DNA of 20,000 nucleotides from an uncultured virus (IMG/VR IMGVR_UViG_3300044845_000975) (taxonomy: Duplodnaviria > Heunggongvirae > Uroviricota > Caudoviricetes), in IMG/VR virus record IMGVR_UViG_3300044845_000975; one strand, 5' to 3'. The translations under genes and the position numbers were made by a program. How positions within the stretch are numbered: the first letter of the stretch is position 1; each line of letters opens with the position of its first letter. The notes beneath the pieces are model-generated. The model did not search any database. It was not told the DNA's origin and saw nothing but the letters and a program-made list of their open reading frames with translations. This document shows positions 8,390 through 15,502 of this stretch, one piece after another.

Positions 8390-8779
8390 ATGAAAGAAAC
8401 AATCGCTCAGTTCTTAAAGATCAAAGACTTTCCATTTACCATTAAAAATGAAAATGGAAATATAATCTATTACGAGGGTTCGAATGGATATTGGGAAAAA
8501 AGAGAATTTGATCTAAATGGAAATCGAATCTATTACGAGGGTTCAAATGGAGCTTGGGTCAAAAGAGAATTTGATCTAAATGGAAATCGAATCTATTTTG
8601 AAAATTCAAAAGGAGTTTGGTATAAAAGAGAATACGATTCAGATGGAAATGTAATATATTGGGAAGATTCAAATGGACTTGTTAATGATAATCGTCCTAA
8701 GCCAGTTGTCGAAATGACTCTTCAACAAGTTGCAGACAAGCTAGGAGTGGATGTAAAGAGCATCAGGATTAAAGAATAA
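8390..8779 (+). CDS. Protein with 21-aa beta-hairpin repeats (4 units)
   Basis: Repeats of NGN.IYYE.SNG.W.KREFD; C-terminal EMTLQQVADKLG. Confidence 0.85.
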   Translation: MKETIAQFLKIKDFPFTIKNENGNIIYYEGSNGYWEKREFDLNGNRIYYEGSNGAWVKREFDLNGNRIYFENSKGVWYKREYDSDGNVIYWEDSNGLVNDNRPKPVVEMTLQQVADKLGVDVKSIRIKE

Positions 8780-8782
8780 CAC

Positions 8783-8810
8783 TTGACTACATTAGGAAAG
8801 TCGATATAAT
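8783..8810 (+). promoter_or_regulatory. Promoter for a leaderless transcript
   Basis: TTGACT-N16-TATAAT, 6 nt before ATG 8817. Confidence 0.8.
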
Positions 8811-8816
8811 AATATT

Positions 8817-9143
8817 ATGAAACCAACCATCGCTCAATTTTTAAACATCAAAGACTTTCCATTCACCATCAAAGACAAGGATGGTATTCAAATCTATTAT
8901 GAATGCTCAGATGGATATTGGATTAAGCGCGAATACATTTCAAATGGAAAAGAAATCTATTGTGAAAATTCGCATGGATATTGGACTAAAAGAGAATTTG
9001 ATCTAAATAAAAACATGATCTATTTTGAAGATTCAAATGGAACTATTTACGATAACCGTCCTAAACCAGTTGTCGAAATGACTCTCCAAGAGGTTGCAGA
9101 CAAGCTTGGAATGGATGTAAAGAGCATTCGCATTAAAGAATAA
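8817..9143 (+). CDS. Paralog of 8390-8779 (3 repeat units)
   Basis: Near-identical N- and C-termini; exactly 21 aa shorter. Confidence 0.85.
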   Translation: MKPTIAQFLNIKDFPFTIKDKDGIQIYYECSDGYWIKREYISNGKEIYCENSHGYWTKREFDLNKNMIYFEDSNGTIYDNRPKPVVEMTLQEVADKLGMDVKSIRIKE

Positions 9144-9164
9144 AAAACAAGCTATAGTAATAGT

Positions 9165-9569
9165 ATGAATATCTACAATCTACTTGAAACACTGGACGAG
9201 TCTCGCATGGGAGGCTTTTATGATGTAGAAAATCTCGGCTATGAATTTGGTCTTAGTGGAGGCATTTGCTATGGCATGAGCATTGAAGATGACTTCAAAG
9301 AGTGTGAACACCGTGATGTAACTTGGATATGCACAGACACTTTAGTTGGCATTTTCTTTTTATTCCTGTATGATGAGTTTGTCGGTGTGCGCATTCAAAC
9401 TGAACGCAAGAGTGATAGCCATTTTTATTGGAAAGACCAAACCACATACAACAGAGTCAAAGAATGGTTCTGGAATGAATTTCAAAAACAAAATGAAACA
9501 CTTAAACCTTCTTTTGTTGATTTTACACAAGACCTATCCGATTATAACAAACAATCAAGACAACAATGA
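9165..9569 (+). CDS. Hypothetical phage protein
   Basis: 134 aa; WICTDTLVG motif; TATAGT 6 nt before ATG. Confidence 0.72.
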   Translation: MNIYNLLETLDESRMGGFYDVENLGYEFGLSGGICYGMSIEDDFKECEHRDVTWICTDTLVGIFFLFLYDEFVGVRIQTERKSDSHFYWKDQTTYNRVKEWFWNEFQKQNETLKPSFVDFTQDLSDYNKQSRQQ

Positions 9570-9614
9570 AACTTGCCTCCATCGAAATTATCTCTGAAAT
9601 TAAACCCCATCCTA

Positions 9615-9863
9615 ATGCTGACAAAATTGCCGCCAACACATGAAATAGAAGCTGAATTAGAAATGTGGAGGGATGGTAATATCATGCATGAAAACCACAG
9701 AGATCAGTTGGAAAAACTCGAACACGAACGAAACAAAATGCGTAATGCTTTAGAAAGCATCGAAGACCGCTTTGTTGATGGCGAAAATACTTATGACGAT
9801 TGGTTATTCATGGGGACGACTGCACGAACAGTACTATACGAACTTAGAAATCACTTAAGATAA
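9615..9863 (+). CDS. Hypothetical protein
   Basis: Helical ORF; start uncertain (TTG 9573 or ATG 9615). Confidence 0.55.
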   Translation: MLTKLPPTHEIEAELEMWRDGNIMHENHRDQLEKLEHERNKMRNALESIEDRFVDGENTYDDWLFMGTTARTVLYELRNHLR

Positions 9864-9875
9864 TATAAACGATTT

Positions 9876-10343
9876 ATGACAACATCACAAACAAACAACG
9901 GCGGCTACGTTCACCCAACTCCAATGGTTGTCACACCTACAGGCGAGTTGATGCCAACCACTTGCTACGGTTCCTTTGGAGGTATGTCCCTTCGCGACTG
10001 GTTCGCAGGTCAAGCTATTGGTCACTTAGCTGCATACTCAATGCAAGACGGCTGGGCAAGGAGTGGCCCAGAATGGAGAGACGGAGCGGCGAGTGAGGCT
10101 TATAAATTCGCAGACGCAATGATCGAAGCAAGGGAGGAAATAAACGCAACCCTTTTTGATGAGGTAAAAAAACTGCAAGACATTAAACGCAAACATGAGG
10201 AGAACGAGCTTCGCATGGCTCATGAAATTGACCAACTGCGTGCTGCGTTACTAGCAATGCACGAATTCTACCACTATAGTGAGTATAGTATTAGCGGATC
10301 ACTACTCAAGCAAGTGGAAGCTGCACTACAAATCGTTTCTTAA
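9876..10343 (+). CDS. Conserved phage protein with GM(S/T)LRDWFA motif and C-terminal coiled coil
   Basis: GGMSLRDWFAGQA..AYKFADAMIEAR. Confidence 0.75.
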   Translation: MTTSQTNNGGYVHPTPMVVTPTGELMPTTCYGSFGGMSLRDWFAGQAIGHLAAYSMQDGWARSGPEWRDGAASEAYKFADAMIEAREEINATLFDEVKKLQDIKRKHEENELRMAHEIDQLRAALLAMHEFYHYSEYSISGSLLKQVEAALQIVS

Positions 10344-10346
10344 AAT

Positions 10347-10679
10347 ATGAATAAAGAAAAACAGCAAATTAAAATCGCTGAGGCTGTTGGGTGGAAAAAA
10401 TTAAAAGGCTTTTCAGATTCAGGATGGCCACTTCTTCTTACGCCCCCCGAAAAACCGAATAAAGAAGGGTATTTGGAAGCTATTCCAGATTACCTAAATG
10501 ACCTCAACGCCGTTCATGAGTTGGAGCAATGGATGTTCCAGTCCTACGAGACGCTAGAAGGGGCTGAACGTCTTTCTCTTTACACAAAGCTCCTTTGCAA
10601 ATTGGAGCATCCCCTTTTCGCCACCGCATCCCAACGTGCCGAAGCATTTCTTAAAACATTAAATCTTTGGGAAGAATAA
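10347..10679 (+). CDS. Phage protein, possibly ABA-sandwich family
   Basis: IAEAVGW...IPDYLNDLNAVHELE...ATASQRAEAFLK; family from recall. Confidence 0.65.
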   Translation: MNKEKQQIKIAEAVGWKKLKGFSDSGWPLLLTPPEKPNKEGYLEAIPDYLNDLNAVHELEQWMFQSYETLEGAERLSLYTKLLCKLEHPLFATASQRAEAFLKTLNLWEE

Positions 10680-11298
10680 TAGAAAAACACTGATAATTCT
10701 TTTCTGTGCTAAAAACAGGGTATTTTCGCGGTTTTTTAATTGTTTCTAATTAATCACCAATGAATCGCGCCCCTGATGTTATTGTTAAAGTATGCTAATA
10801 ACCATTAGAAACTAATAAATTACTATGTTTAATAAATGCAAAACAACTATTTGTAAATTATCAAAACCGTTTTGAACTGGGAAAACGCTGATAAAAAAGC
10901 AGTTCACAAAGCGATTAGAGAAAAGCCTTTGGGAGAGGCTAGAGAAAGCTCAGGAGAAGCACTCCAAAAAGCAAATTTTAGTTTGAAATCTTGATTAAAA
11001 TCTGGTTAAGAACAAGGGCGCTAGCCCTTGATTACCAACAACTTACACCAAGTACCTATTTACCAGAAAAAACAAGAAAAAAACAACAAGCAAAGAGGGA
11101 GTAAATAGAATAAGAATAAAGAGTAATACTATATATAATAAGAATAATATAGTAGAATATAAAGAAAAAGAAGATAAAAGAGAAAATAAGGGGGATGAAA
11201 GCTTATACAGCGAATTAAAAATGTTTTTATATTCAAAAATCACTTTTTTCCAAGAAAATCTTGACAGGAACGCTTTCATAGATTACTATTACACACGA

Positions 11299-11550
11299 AT
11301 GAAAAACAAAATCACACTAATTCCTTATTTGTTGGGGTTCAACGCATTAGCAGTAGTCTTTACGCTGCTTTGGATGGCAGTAATGTTCCCATATTATTTC
11401 TTTCGTGCAGTAAAAGGAGGCATTAAAGAAGCGTCTCGCCTCATTATAAACGAAAACAAAAGAGCCTACAAAGCGGCTTTCCACACTAGCCCAAAAAGAC
11501 CCAACGAACAAAAACAAACTGAAAATAAGATACCTGGGTGGCTGAATTAA
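11299..11550 (+). CDS. Small membrane protein
   Basis: TTGACA 11261-11266 and TACTAT 11284-11289 upstream; hydrophobic N-terminal half. Confidence 0.6.
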   Translation: MKNKITLIPYLLGFNALAVVFTLLWMAVMFPYYFFRAVKGGIKEASRLIINENKRAYKAAFHTSPKRPNEQKQTENKIPGWLN

Positions 11551-11563
11551 TTAAAATTGACAA

Positions 11564-11592
11564 CAAAAAATCCCAAGCTCACGTCTTGGGTT
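11564..11592 (-). terminator. Rho-independent terminator (minus-oriented)
   Basis: Minus strand: CCCAAG-ACGTGAG-CTTGGG-ATTTTTTG. Confidence 0.6.
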
Positions 11593-11817
11593 CCTAAAGG
11601 TTTTAGATTTAGTTTTTTCGATTAACAGAAAGATTCTTTTAATGAGGCGCGACTTCAAAGAGTCCATTTATTCAGGGTTCCCACCTGTTCCAATCAAAAG
11701 CTCCAATCAATGAATCAATAGTAGCTAAATAATGCGTATTTTTTATACTGAATAAGCAATCAGTCAACACAGTATATTACACTTATTTTTGCGGTTTTCT
11801 ATTTTTTTCTACAAATT

Positions 11818-12570
11818 ATGAAACATTCTCAGCCAAATACAACAACTCAACCAAAGCGGTGCTCAACATACTTTTGCGGAAATGATGCGGTTTATACTCG
11901 CGGCGATCCTTACACGAAAAAATGCCAAACATGTTATGACAAGCGATTCGACAAGTCATCTCCAGCTTGGAGGCTAATAAATAATGAAGAGCAAAGCTCC
12001 AAATATGCAAATTTACAAACGACTAGCTTGCAAATAAAGCCTCAAGTAGTTTGGCTCTATGGTCTTTCGGGCAGCGGCAAAACAACACTCTCGCGAGCAG
12101 TTGCCGAGAAATTAAAAGCATTAAATATTCCTTGCTTAATCTTGGATGGTGATGAGCTAAGACAGGGAATCAGTAAAGACTTGGATTTTACCTTGCTTGA
12201 TCGCTACAAAAATGTTCAACGAGCAGCAGAAATTGCGCGTTTAGCTTGCAGCCAAGGGTTAGTAGTATTGGTGGCCATGATTTCGCCAATGAATATTCAC
12301 CGCCTTGAGGCGCAAAGAATAGTTTCGCCGCTACCATTCACAGAAATCTTTCTTGATTGCTCTCTTGAGAAAGCTATAGAGCGTGACGTTAAAGGTTTAT
12401 ATGCACGGGCAAAAGCAGGAGAAATACCCCTTTTTACAGGATTAGATTCTCGCTTTGTTCCTCCAAGCTGTAATAAAAATACAATAAATACAGACTCAAC
12501 AACAATCCACGGCAGCATCCAAAAAGTTTTAAACATAATGAGCTTGACAAAAGCCCAAGACAGTGTATAA
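11818..12570 (+). CDS. cysC: Adenylylsulfate (APS) kinase with N-terminal Cys-rich extension
   Basis: VVWLYGLSGSGKTT P-loop, LDGDELR, DLDF..DR..N, ISP, RDVKGLY..A..GEI..FTGLDS. Confidence 0.92.
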   Translation: MKHSQPNTTTQPKRCSTYFCGNDAVYTRGDPYTKKCQTCYDKRFDKSSPAWRLINNEEQSSKYANLQTTSLQIKPQVVWLYGLSGSGKTTLSRAVAEKLKALNIPCLILDGDELRQGISKDLDFTLLDRYKNVQRAAEIARLACSQGLVVLVAMISPMNIHRLEAQRIVSPLPFTEIFLDCSLEKAIERDVKGLYARAKAGEIPLFTGLDSRFVPPSCNKNTINTDSTTIHGSIQKVLNIMSLTKAQDSV

Positions 12571-12571
12571 T
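12544..12571 (+). promoter_or_regulatory. Promoter for tRNA cluster
   Basis: TTGACA-N16-TATAAT, 20 nt before the tRNA. Confidence 0.8.
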
Positions 12572-12591
12572 AAAGGGTAACTAATTTCAAC

Positions 12592-12667
12592 AGCGGTTGG
12601 CTAGGCTTGGTGGTCTGGCGAGTCTCATAAGCTTGCAAGCTGAGTTCGATTCTCAGAGCCGCATCCA
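12592..12667 (+). tRNA. tRNA with CAT anticodon (Met/fMet/Ile2 unresolved), atypical
   Basis: GCGGTT/AGCCGC acceptor, loop CTCATAA, T-arm CTGAG-TTCGATT-CTCAG, encoded CCA. Confidence 0.75.
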
Positions 12668-12695
12668 AATTTACGAACACGATTTTTCTTAATAA
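12668..12695 (+). repeat. 28-bp direct repeat, copy 1
   Basis: AATTTACGAACACGATTTTTCTTAATAA. Confidence 0.9.
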
Positions 12696-12703
12696 ACAAA
12701 AAT

Positions 12704-12934
12704 ATGCAAATCATCTACAAAGAAAAACAGCAAAAGAAACTTGTTCTTGCTGACGTTAAAAAAGATCAATTTTTTGTTAATAATTGTGGCCGCTTGTGCC
12801 AAAAATATAATCATGATTCTTATCATATTATTGCTGATGAAAATGGTGTTCCGTGTAGCGGAAGAATCGTTGATATGTCCCGCAACACTATAGTTACTCG
12901 CATTCTTCCAGAAGTAGAAAAAATTGAGTTCTAA
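12704..12934 (+). CDS. Hypothetical protein between tRNAs
   Basis: 76 aa; flanked by identical 28-bp repeats. Confidence 0.72.
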   Translation: MQIIYKEKQQKKLVLADVKKDQFFVNNCGRLCQKYNHDSYHIIADENGVPCSGRIVDMSRNTIVTRILPEVEKIEF

Positions 12935-12960
12935 TTTACGAACACGATTTTTCTTAATAA
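12933..12960 (+). repeat. 28-bp direct repeat, copy 2
   Basis: Identical to 12668-12695. Confidence 0.9.
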
Positions 12961-13036
12961 TCCCAAGTAGCTCAGTGGTAGATGCATTCGGCTGTTAACC
13001 GAAATGTCGAAGGTTCGAATCCTTCCTTGGGAGCCA
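12961..13036 (+). tRNA. tRNA-Asn(GTT)
   Basis: TCCCAAG/CTTGGGA acceptor, TTCGG-CTGTTAA-CCGAA, GAAGG-TTCGAAT-CCTTC, G73, CCA. Confidence 0.93.
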
Positions 13037-13063
13037 ATTTACTAACGCGATTTTTCGTAATAA
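13036..13063 (+). repeat. 28-bp direct repeat, copy 3
   Basis: AATTTACTAACGCGATTTTTCGTAATAA, 25/28 identical. Confidence 0.8.
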
Positions 13064-13166
13064 TGAGCGACTTTTAAACAAATAAGTATTTACGCTCTGC
13101 GCCAGGAATAAAAAATCAATTAATAACATGAGAGCTTCATGTCACAAATTGCGCGAAAGAAAAGTC

Positions 13167-13194
13167 TTGACACTGATTAAATAATCAGTATATT
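13167..13194 (+). promoter_or_regulatory. Promoter with palindromic spacer
   Basis: TTGACA-CTGATTAAATAATCAG-TATATT, 7 nt before ATG 13202. Confidence 0.8.
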
Positions 13195-13201
13195 CTTGGC
13201 C

Positions 13202-13435
13202 ATGAAGCAAACACACCCAAGAACAAATCTGTATCGCTTAAAAAGCAACCCAACTACAATCGTTATGCGGCTTGGTGATCATCAGCAAAAAGTGGTTTGG
13301 ACTGATACTATGGCCAAGTATGGCGTAAATGACGCTTGGATCATCGGCAGATTTATTCCTGATAATGCCGTCAAACTCACAAAAGAAGAGTCGCGAGAAA
13401 TAAAAAACAAAATAAAAGCATTTCTAAAAAACTAA
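13202..13435 (+). CDS. Hypothetical protein
   Basis: 77 aa from ATG 13202; own promoter. Confidence 0.7.
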   Translation: MKQTHPRTNLYRLKSNPTTIVMRLGDHQQKVVWTDTMAKYGVNDAWIIGRFIPDNAVKLTKEESREIKNKIKAFLKN

Positions 13436-13436
13436 T

Positions 13437-13464
13437 TTGACGCCGATTAAATAATCAGTATATT
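13437..13464 (+). promoter_or_regulatory. Repeated promoter, copy 2
   Basis: TTGACG-CCGATTAAATAATCAG-TATATT, 7 nt before ATG 13472. Confidence 0.8.
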
Positions 13465-13471
13465 ATCCGCC

Positions 13472-13660
13472 ATGAATAAAGAACTTAAAGAACTTAACGA
13501 ACAACACCGATTATTTGGTCTTTTTGTTTTGCGCGTATTAGAGCGCGAAGCAGAATGGAGCGCAGACATTGTGGATGAAATCTCTGATGCTGCAATGGAT
13601 CTTTGTCTTGCATACACAGACAATGAAGGAAAATTCAAAGCCATCCTTGACAACAAATAA
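13472..13660 (+). CDS. Small acidic hypothetical protein
   Basis: 62 aa; own promoter. Confidence 0.72.
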   Translation: MNKELKELNEQHRLFGLFVLRVLEREAEWSADIVDEISDAAMDLCLAYTDNEGKFKAILDNK

Positions 13661-13674
13661 ATAATCAGTATATT
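13647..13674 (+). promoter_or_regulatory. Repeated promoter, copy 3
   Basis: TTGACA-ACAAATAAATAATCAG-TATATT, 7 nt before ATG 13682. Confidence 0.8.
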
Positions 13675-13681
13675 CTCTCCC

Positions 13682-13852
13682 ATGAACACACTATTTGAAC
13701 TCATCCCCCTCTTCAACGAATACTCTCACGAATGGGAGGTTCGCGAAACTGACGAAAACGATAATACGCTGGAAGTCTATGGCTTCGCCACAGAAGAAGA
13801 AGCAGAAAAGTTTGTTGATGCATGGATTCGTCGCGGAGAACTTTCGGCATAA
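13682..13852 (+). CDS. Small highly acidic protein (56 aa, not in ORF track)
   Basis: MNTLFELIPLFNEYSHEWEVRETDENDNTLEVYGFATEEEAEKFVDAWIRRGELSA; own promoter; paralog at 15503-15661. Confidence 0.85.
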   Translation: MNTLFELIPLFNEYSHEWEVRETDENDNTLEVYGFATEEEAEKFVDAWIRRGELSA

Positions 13853-13893
13853 AATCCTTGACACTGAATAAAAAGTCCTTATATTATCTCACT

Positions 13894-14187
13894 ATGAATA
13901 CCGAAACAAAACGCCGTGGCCGCCCATCAGGAGCTAAATCACTTGTTAACATCACGCTGAGGCAGCTTAATGAACTTTTTCCTCTTGATGCTTCTGTGCC
14001 AGTTGGCGCAATCTGGCTTCGCGAATACGGTGTGACCGTGAAATCCCACGCTCCCATTGTAGTGCATGAAGCAGAACCAGAGATTGAAGAAGAAGAAAAA
14101 ATCCAATTCACCGTTACTCATTACAGCGGCGAAAATGAACAACTTCCTGATCCCCCTGATGAGATTTTTGTTGACATGAGCGAGTAA
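13894..14187 (+). CDS. AT-hook-like putative DNA-binding protein with acidic tail
   Basis: KRRGRPSG near N-terminus; promoter TTGACA-N16-TATATT at 13858-13885. Confidence 0.7.
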   Translation: MNTETKRRGRPSGAKSLVNITLRQLNELFPLDASVPVGAIWLREYGVTVKSHAPIVVHEAEPEIEEEEKIQFTVTHYSGENEQLPDPPDEIFVDMSE

Positions 14188-14198
14188 TCGCTTATAGT
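14171..14198 (+). promoter_or_regulatory. Promoter for ruvB-like gene
   Basis: TTGACA-N16-TATAGT. Confidence 0.7.
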
Positions 14199-14223
14199 AT
14201 CAGCCTTAACAAGAACCACCCTT

Positions 14224-15132
14224 ATGAACAAAGCATTCAACGAAATCGTCGGACAAGAACACATCAAGCGTCAACTCAGCTTCTACTTGGACTCTTACAA
14301 GGCAACGGGCGTTTTGCCCTTCCTGATGTTCAACGGTCAGCGCGGCATTGGCAAAACAGAATTCGCTCGCGCTGTTGGCACTGCTTGCAAGAAAACCTTC
14401 TACGAGATTAACAGCAGCAGCATTAAAAACGAAAAACAATTCTTCGAGCAAATGATGCCGCAGATTCAAGACACTGAATGCTGCTTGTTCTTTGATGAGA
14501 GTCACGAACTCCCGCGCAAGCTGGTTGTTGCTTTCCTCAGCGTTCTTAACACTGAAAAGAAAAGCGTCGTTTACTACACCTATCAGGATGTGGAATACCG
14601 CTTCGACTTCACAAAGATGAGCTTCATCTTCGCAACGACTGAAATGGATCGTTTGTTTGCGCCCTTCAAGGATCGCCTTACTGTAGTGGACTTTGTGCCA
14701 TACAGCAATGATGAAGTTAAACGCATTATTCAAAAGCGTTTGCCTGATGTGAAGTTTGAAGCTGGCGTCTTGAATGAGATTAGCACCACGATTCGCGGCA
14801 ATGCTCGCAGTGCAGTTAAACGCGCAAAAGATATTGAGATGTATTGTGAGGCAAACAACAACCCTAGCTTCACTATGCCTGATTGGGTTAACCTTTGCGA
14901 CAAGGCCAACATTAACAAGCGCGGCCTCAGCAACACTGAGATTCAAATTCTCAATGCTCTCAAGGAGCGCGGCCCGCTCACTCTCACTATGCTTTCCGCC
15001 ATCACTGGCCTCAGCGTGCAAGCTCTTCGCAAGGATGCTGAACTTCACTTGCTCAAGATGAACTTGATTCGCATTGATGGCAAGCGCGAATTAACAAGCG
15101 TAGGAATGCGCTTTCTTGAAACAATTGTCTAA
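14224..15132 (+). CDS. ruvB: RuvB-like Holliday junction branch-migration AAA+ ATPase
   Basis: FNEIVGQEHIK, Walker A GQRGIGKT, Walker B LFFDESH, FATT, PFKDR, RGNAR, C-terminal wHTH (GLSNTE..E.HLL..LI..R.LT..G). Confidence 0.85.
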   Translation: MNKAFNEIVGQEHIKRQLSFYLDSYKATGVLPFLMFNGQRGIGKTEFARAVGTACKKTFYEINSSSIKNEKQFFEQMMPQIQDTECCLFFDESHELPRKLVVAFLSVLNTEKKSVVYYTYQDVEYRFDFTKMSFIFATTEMDRLFAPFKDRLTVVDFVPYSNDEVKRIIQKRLPDVKFEAGVLNEISTTIRGNARSAVKRAKDIEMYCEANNNPSFTMPDWVNLCDKANINKRGLSNTEIQILNALKERGPLTLTMLSAITGLSVQALRKDAELHLLKMNLIRIDGKRELTSVGMRFLETIV

Positions 15133-15192
15133 CGGTGGTTCGTTGACAGCCCCCCTTTCTCTTGGTTGCTAGGGGATTGGGGGGCAAATAAT

Positions 15193-15268
15193 GCGCTCGT
15201 AGCTTAATGGACAAAGCACCGTTTTTCTAAATCGGTGATTACAGGTTCGAGTCCTGTCGAGCGTGCCA
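15193..15268 (+). tRNA. tRNA-Arg(TCT)
   Basis: GCGCTCG/CGAGCGT acceptor, A20 in D-loop, loop TTTCTAA, ACAGG-TTCGAGT-CCTGT, CCA. Confidence 0.9.
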
Positions 15269-15347
15269 AATCAAAAAATGCCAAATAAGAAAGCGCCAAA
15301 TAACAAATAACAAAAAGGCAAATAACAAATAAGAAAACGCCAAATAG
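15265..15347 (+). repeat. Degenerate tandem (GC)CAAAT(AA) repeats
   Basis: About seven CAAAT units separated by A-rich spacers after tRNA-Arg. Confidence 0.7.
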
Positions 15348-15408
15348 TAAACACGATTTCTCTTAATAAGAGATAAGCAAAAAACTCCTAGTCTGTAGGT
15401 GAGAGTAT

Positions 15409-15455
15409 TAGGGATTATACCTACCCAGGGCCGCCTGCTATAGGTATTTTACCTA
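15409..15455. repeat. 47-bp palindromic element, copy 1
   Basis: TAGGgattataCCTA-cccagggccgcctgcta-TAGGtattttaCCTA. Confidence 0.9.
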
Positions 15456-15468
15456 GGTAGAGGGCATG

Positions 15469-15493
15469 AAAAAGCGCGGTTTCCCGCGCTCTT
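15469..15493 (-). terminator. Rho-independent terminator
   Basis: Minus strand: AGCGCGG-GAAA-CCGCGCT-TTTT. Confidence 0.85.
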
Positions 15494-15502
15494 GTTATTT
15501 AT

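Noticed and set aside
8390..9143. Diversity-generating retroelement TR/VR pair
   Set aside because: Both copies are complete genes with promoters, differences are not adenine-specific, and no reverse transcriptase is in the window.
10836..10993. Possible pseudogene with in-frame TAA (MQNNYL*IIKTVLNWE...)
   Set aside because: Short, no recognisable homology, indistinguishable from chance.
11043..11279. Hydrophobic 78-aa minus-strand ORF
   Set aside because: The F/L/S-rich translation is the expected artefact of the purine tract's complement.
14206..15048. 280-aa minus-strand ORF
   Set aside because: Antisense shadow of ruvB with no motifs.
15193..15268. Amber suppressor (CTA) tRNA or stop-codon recoding
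   Set aside because: Stem register centres TCT in the loop and A20 supports Arg; genes are intact in the standard code and TAG is used as a stop (2973, 4766).
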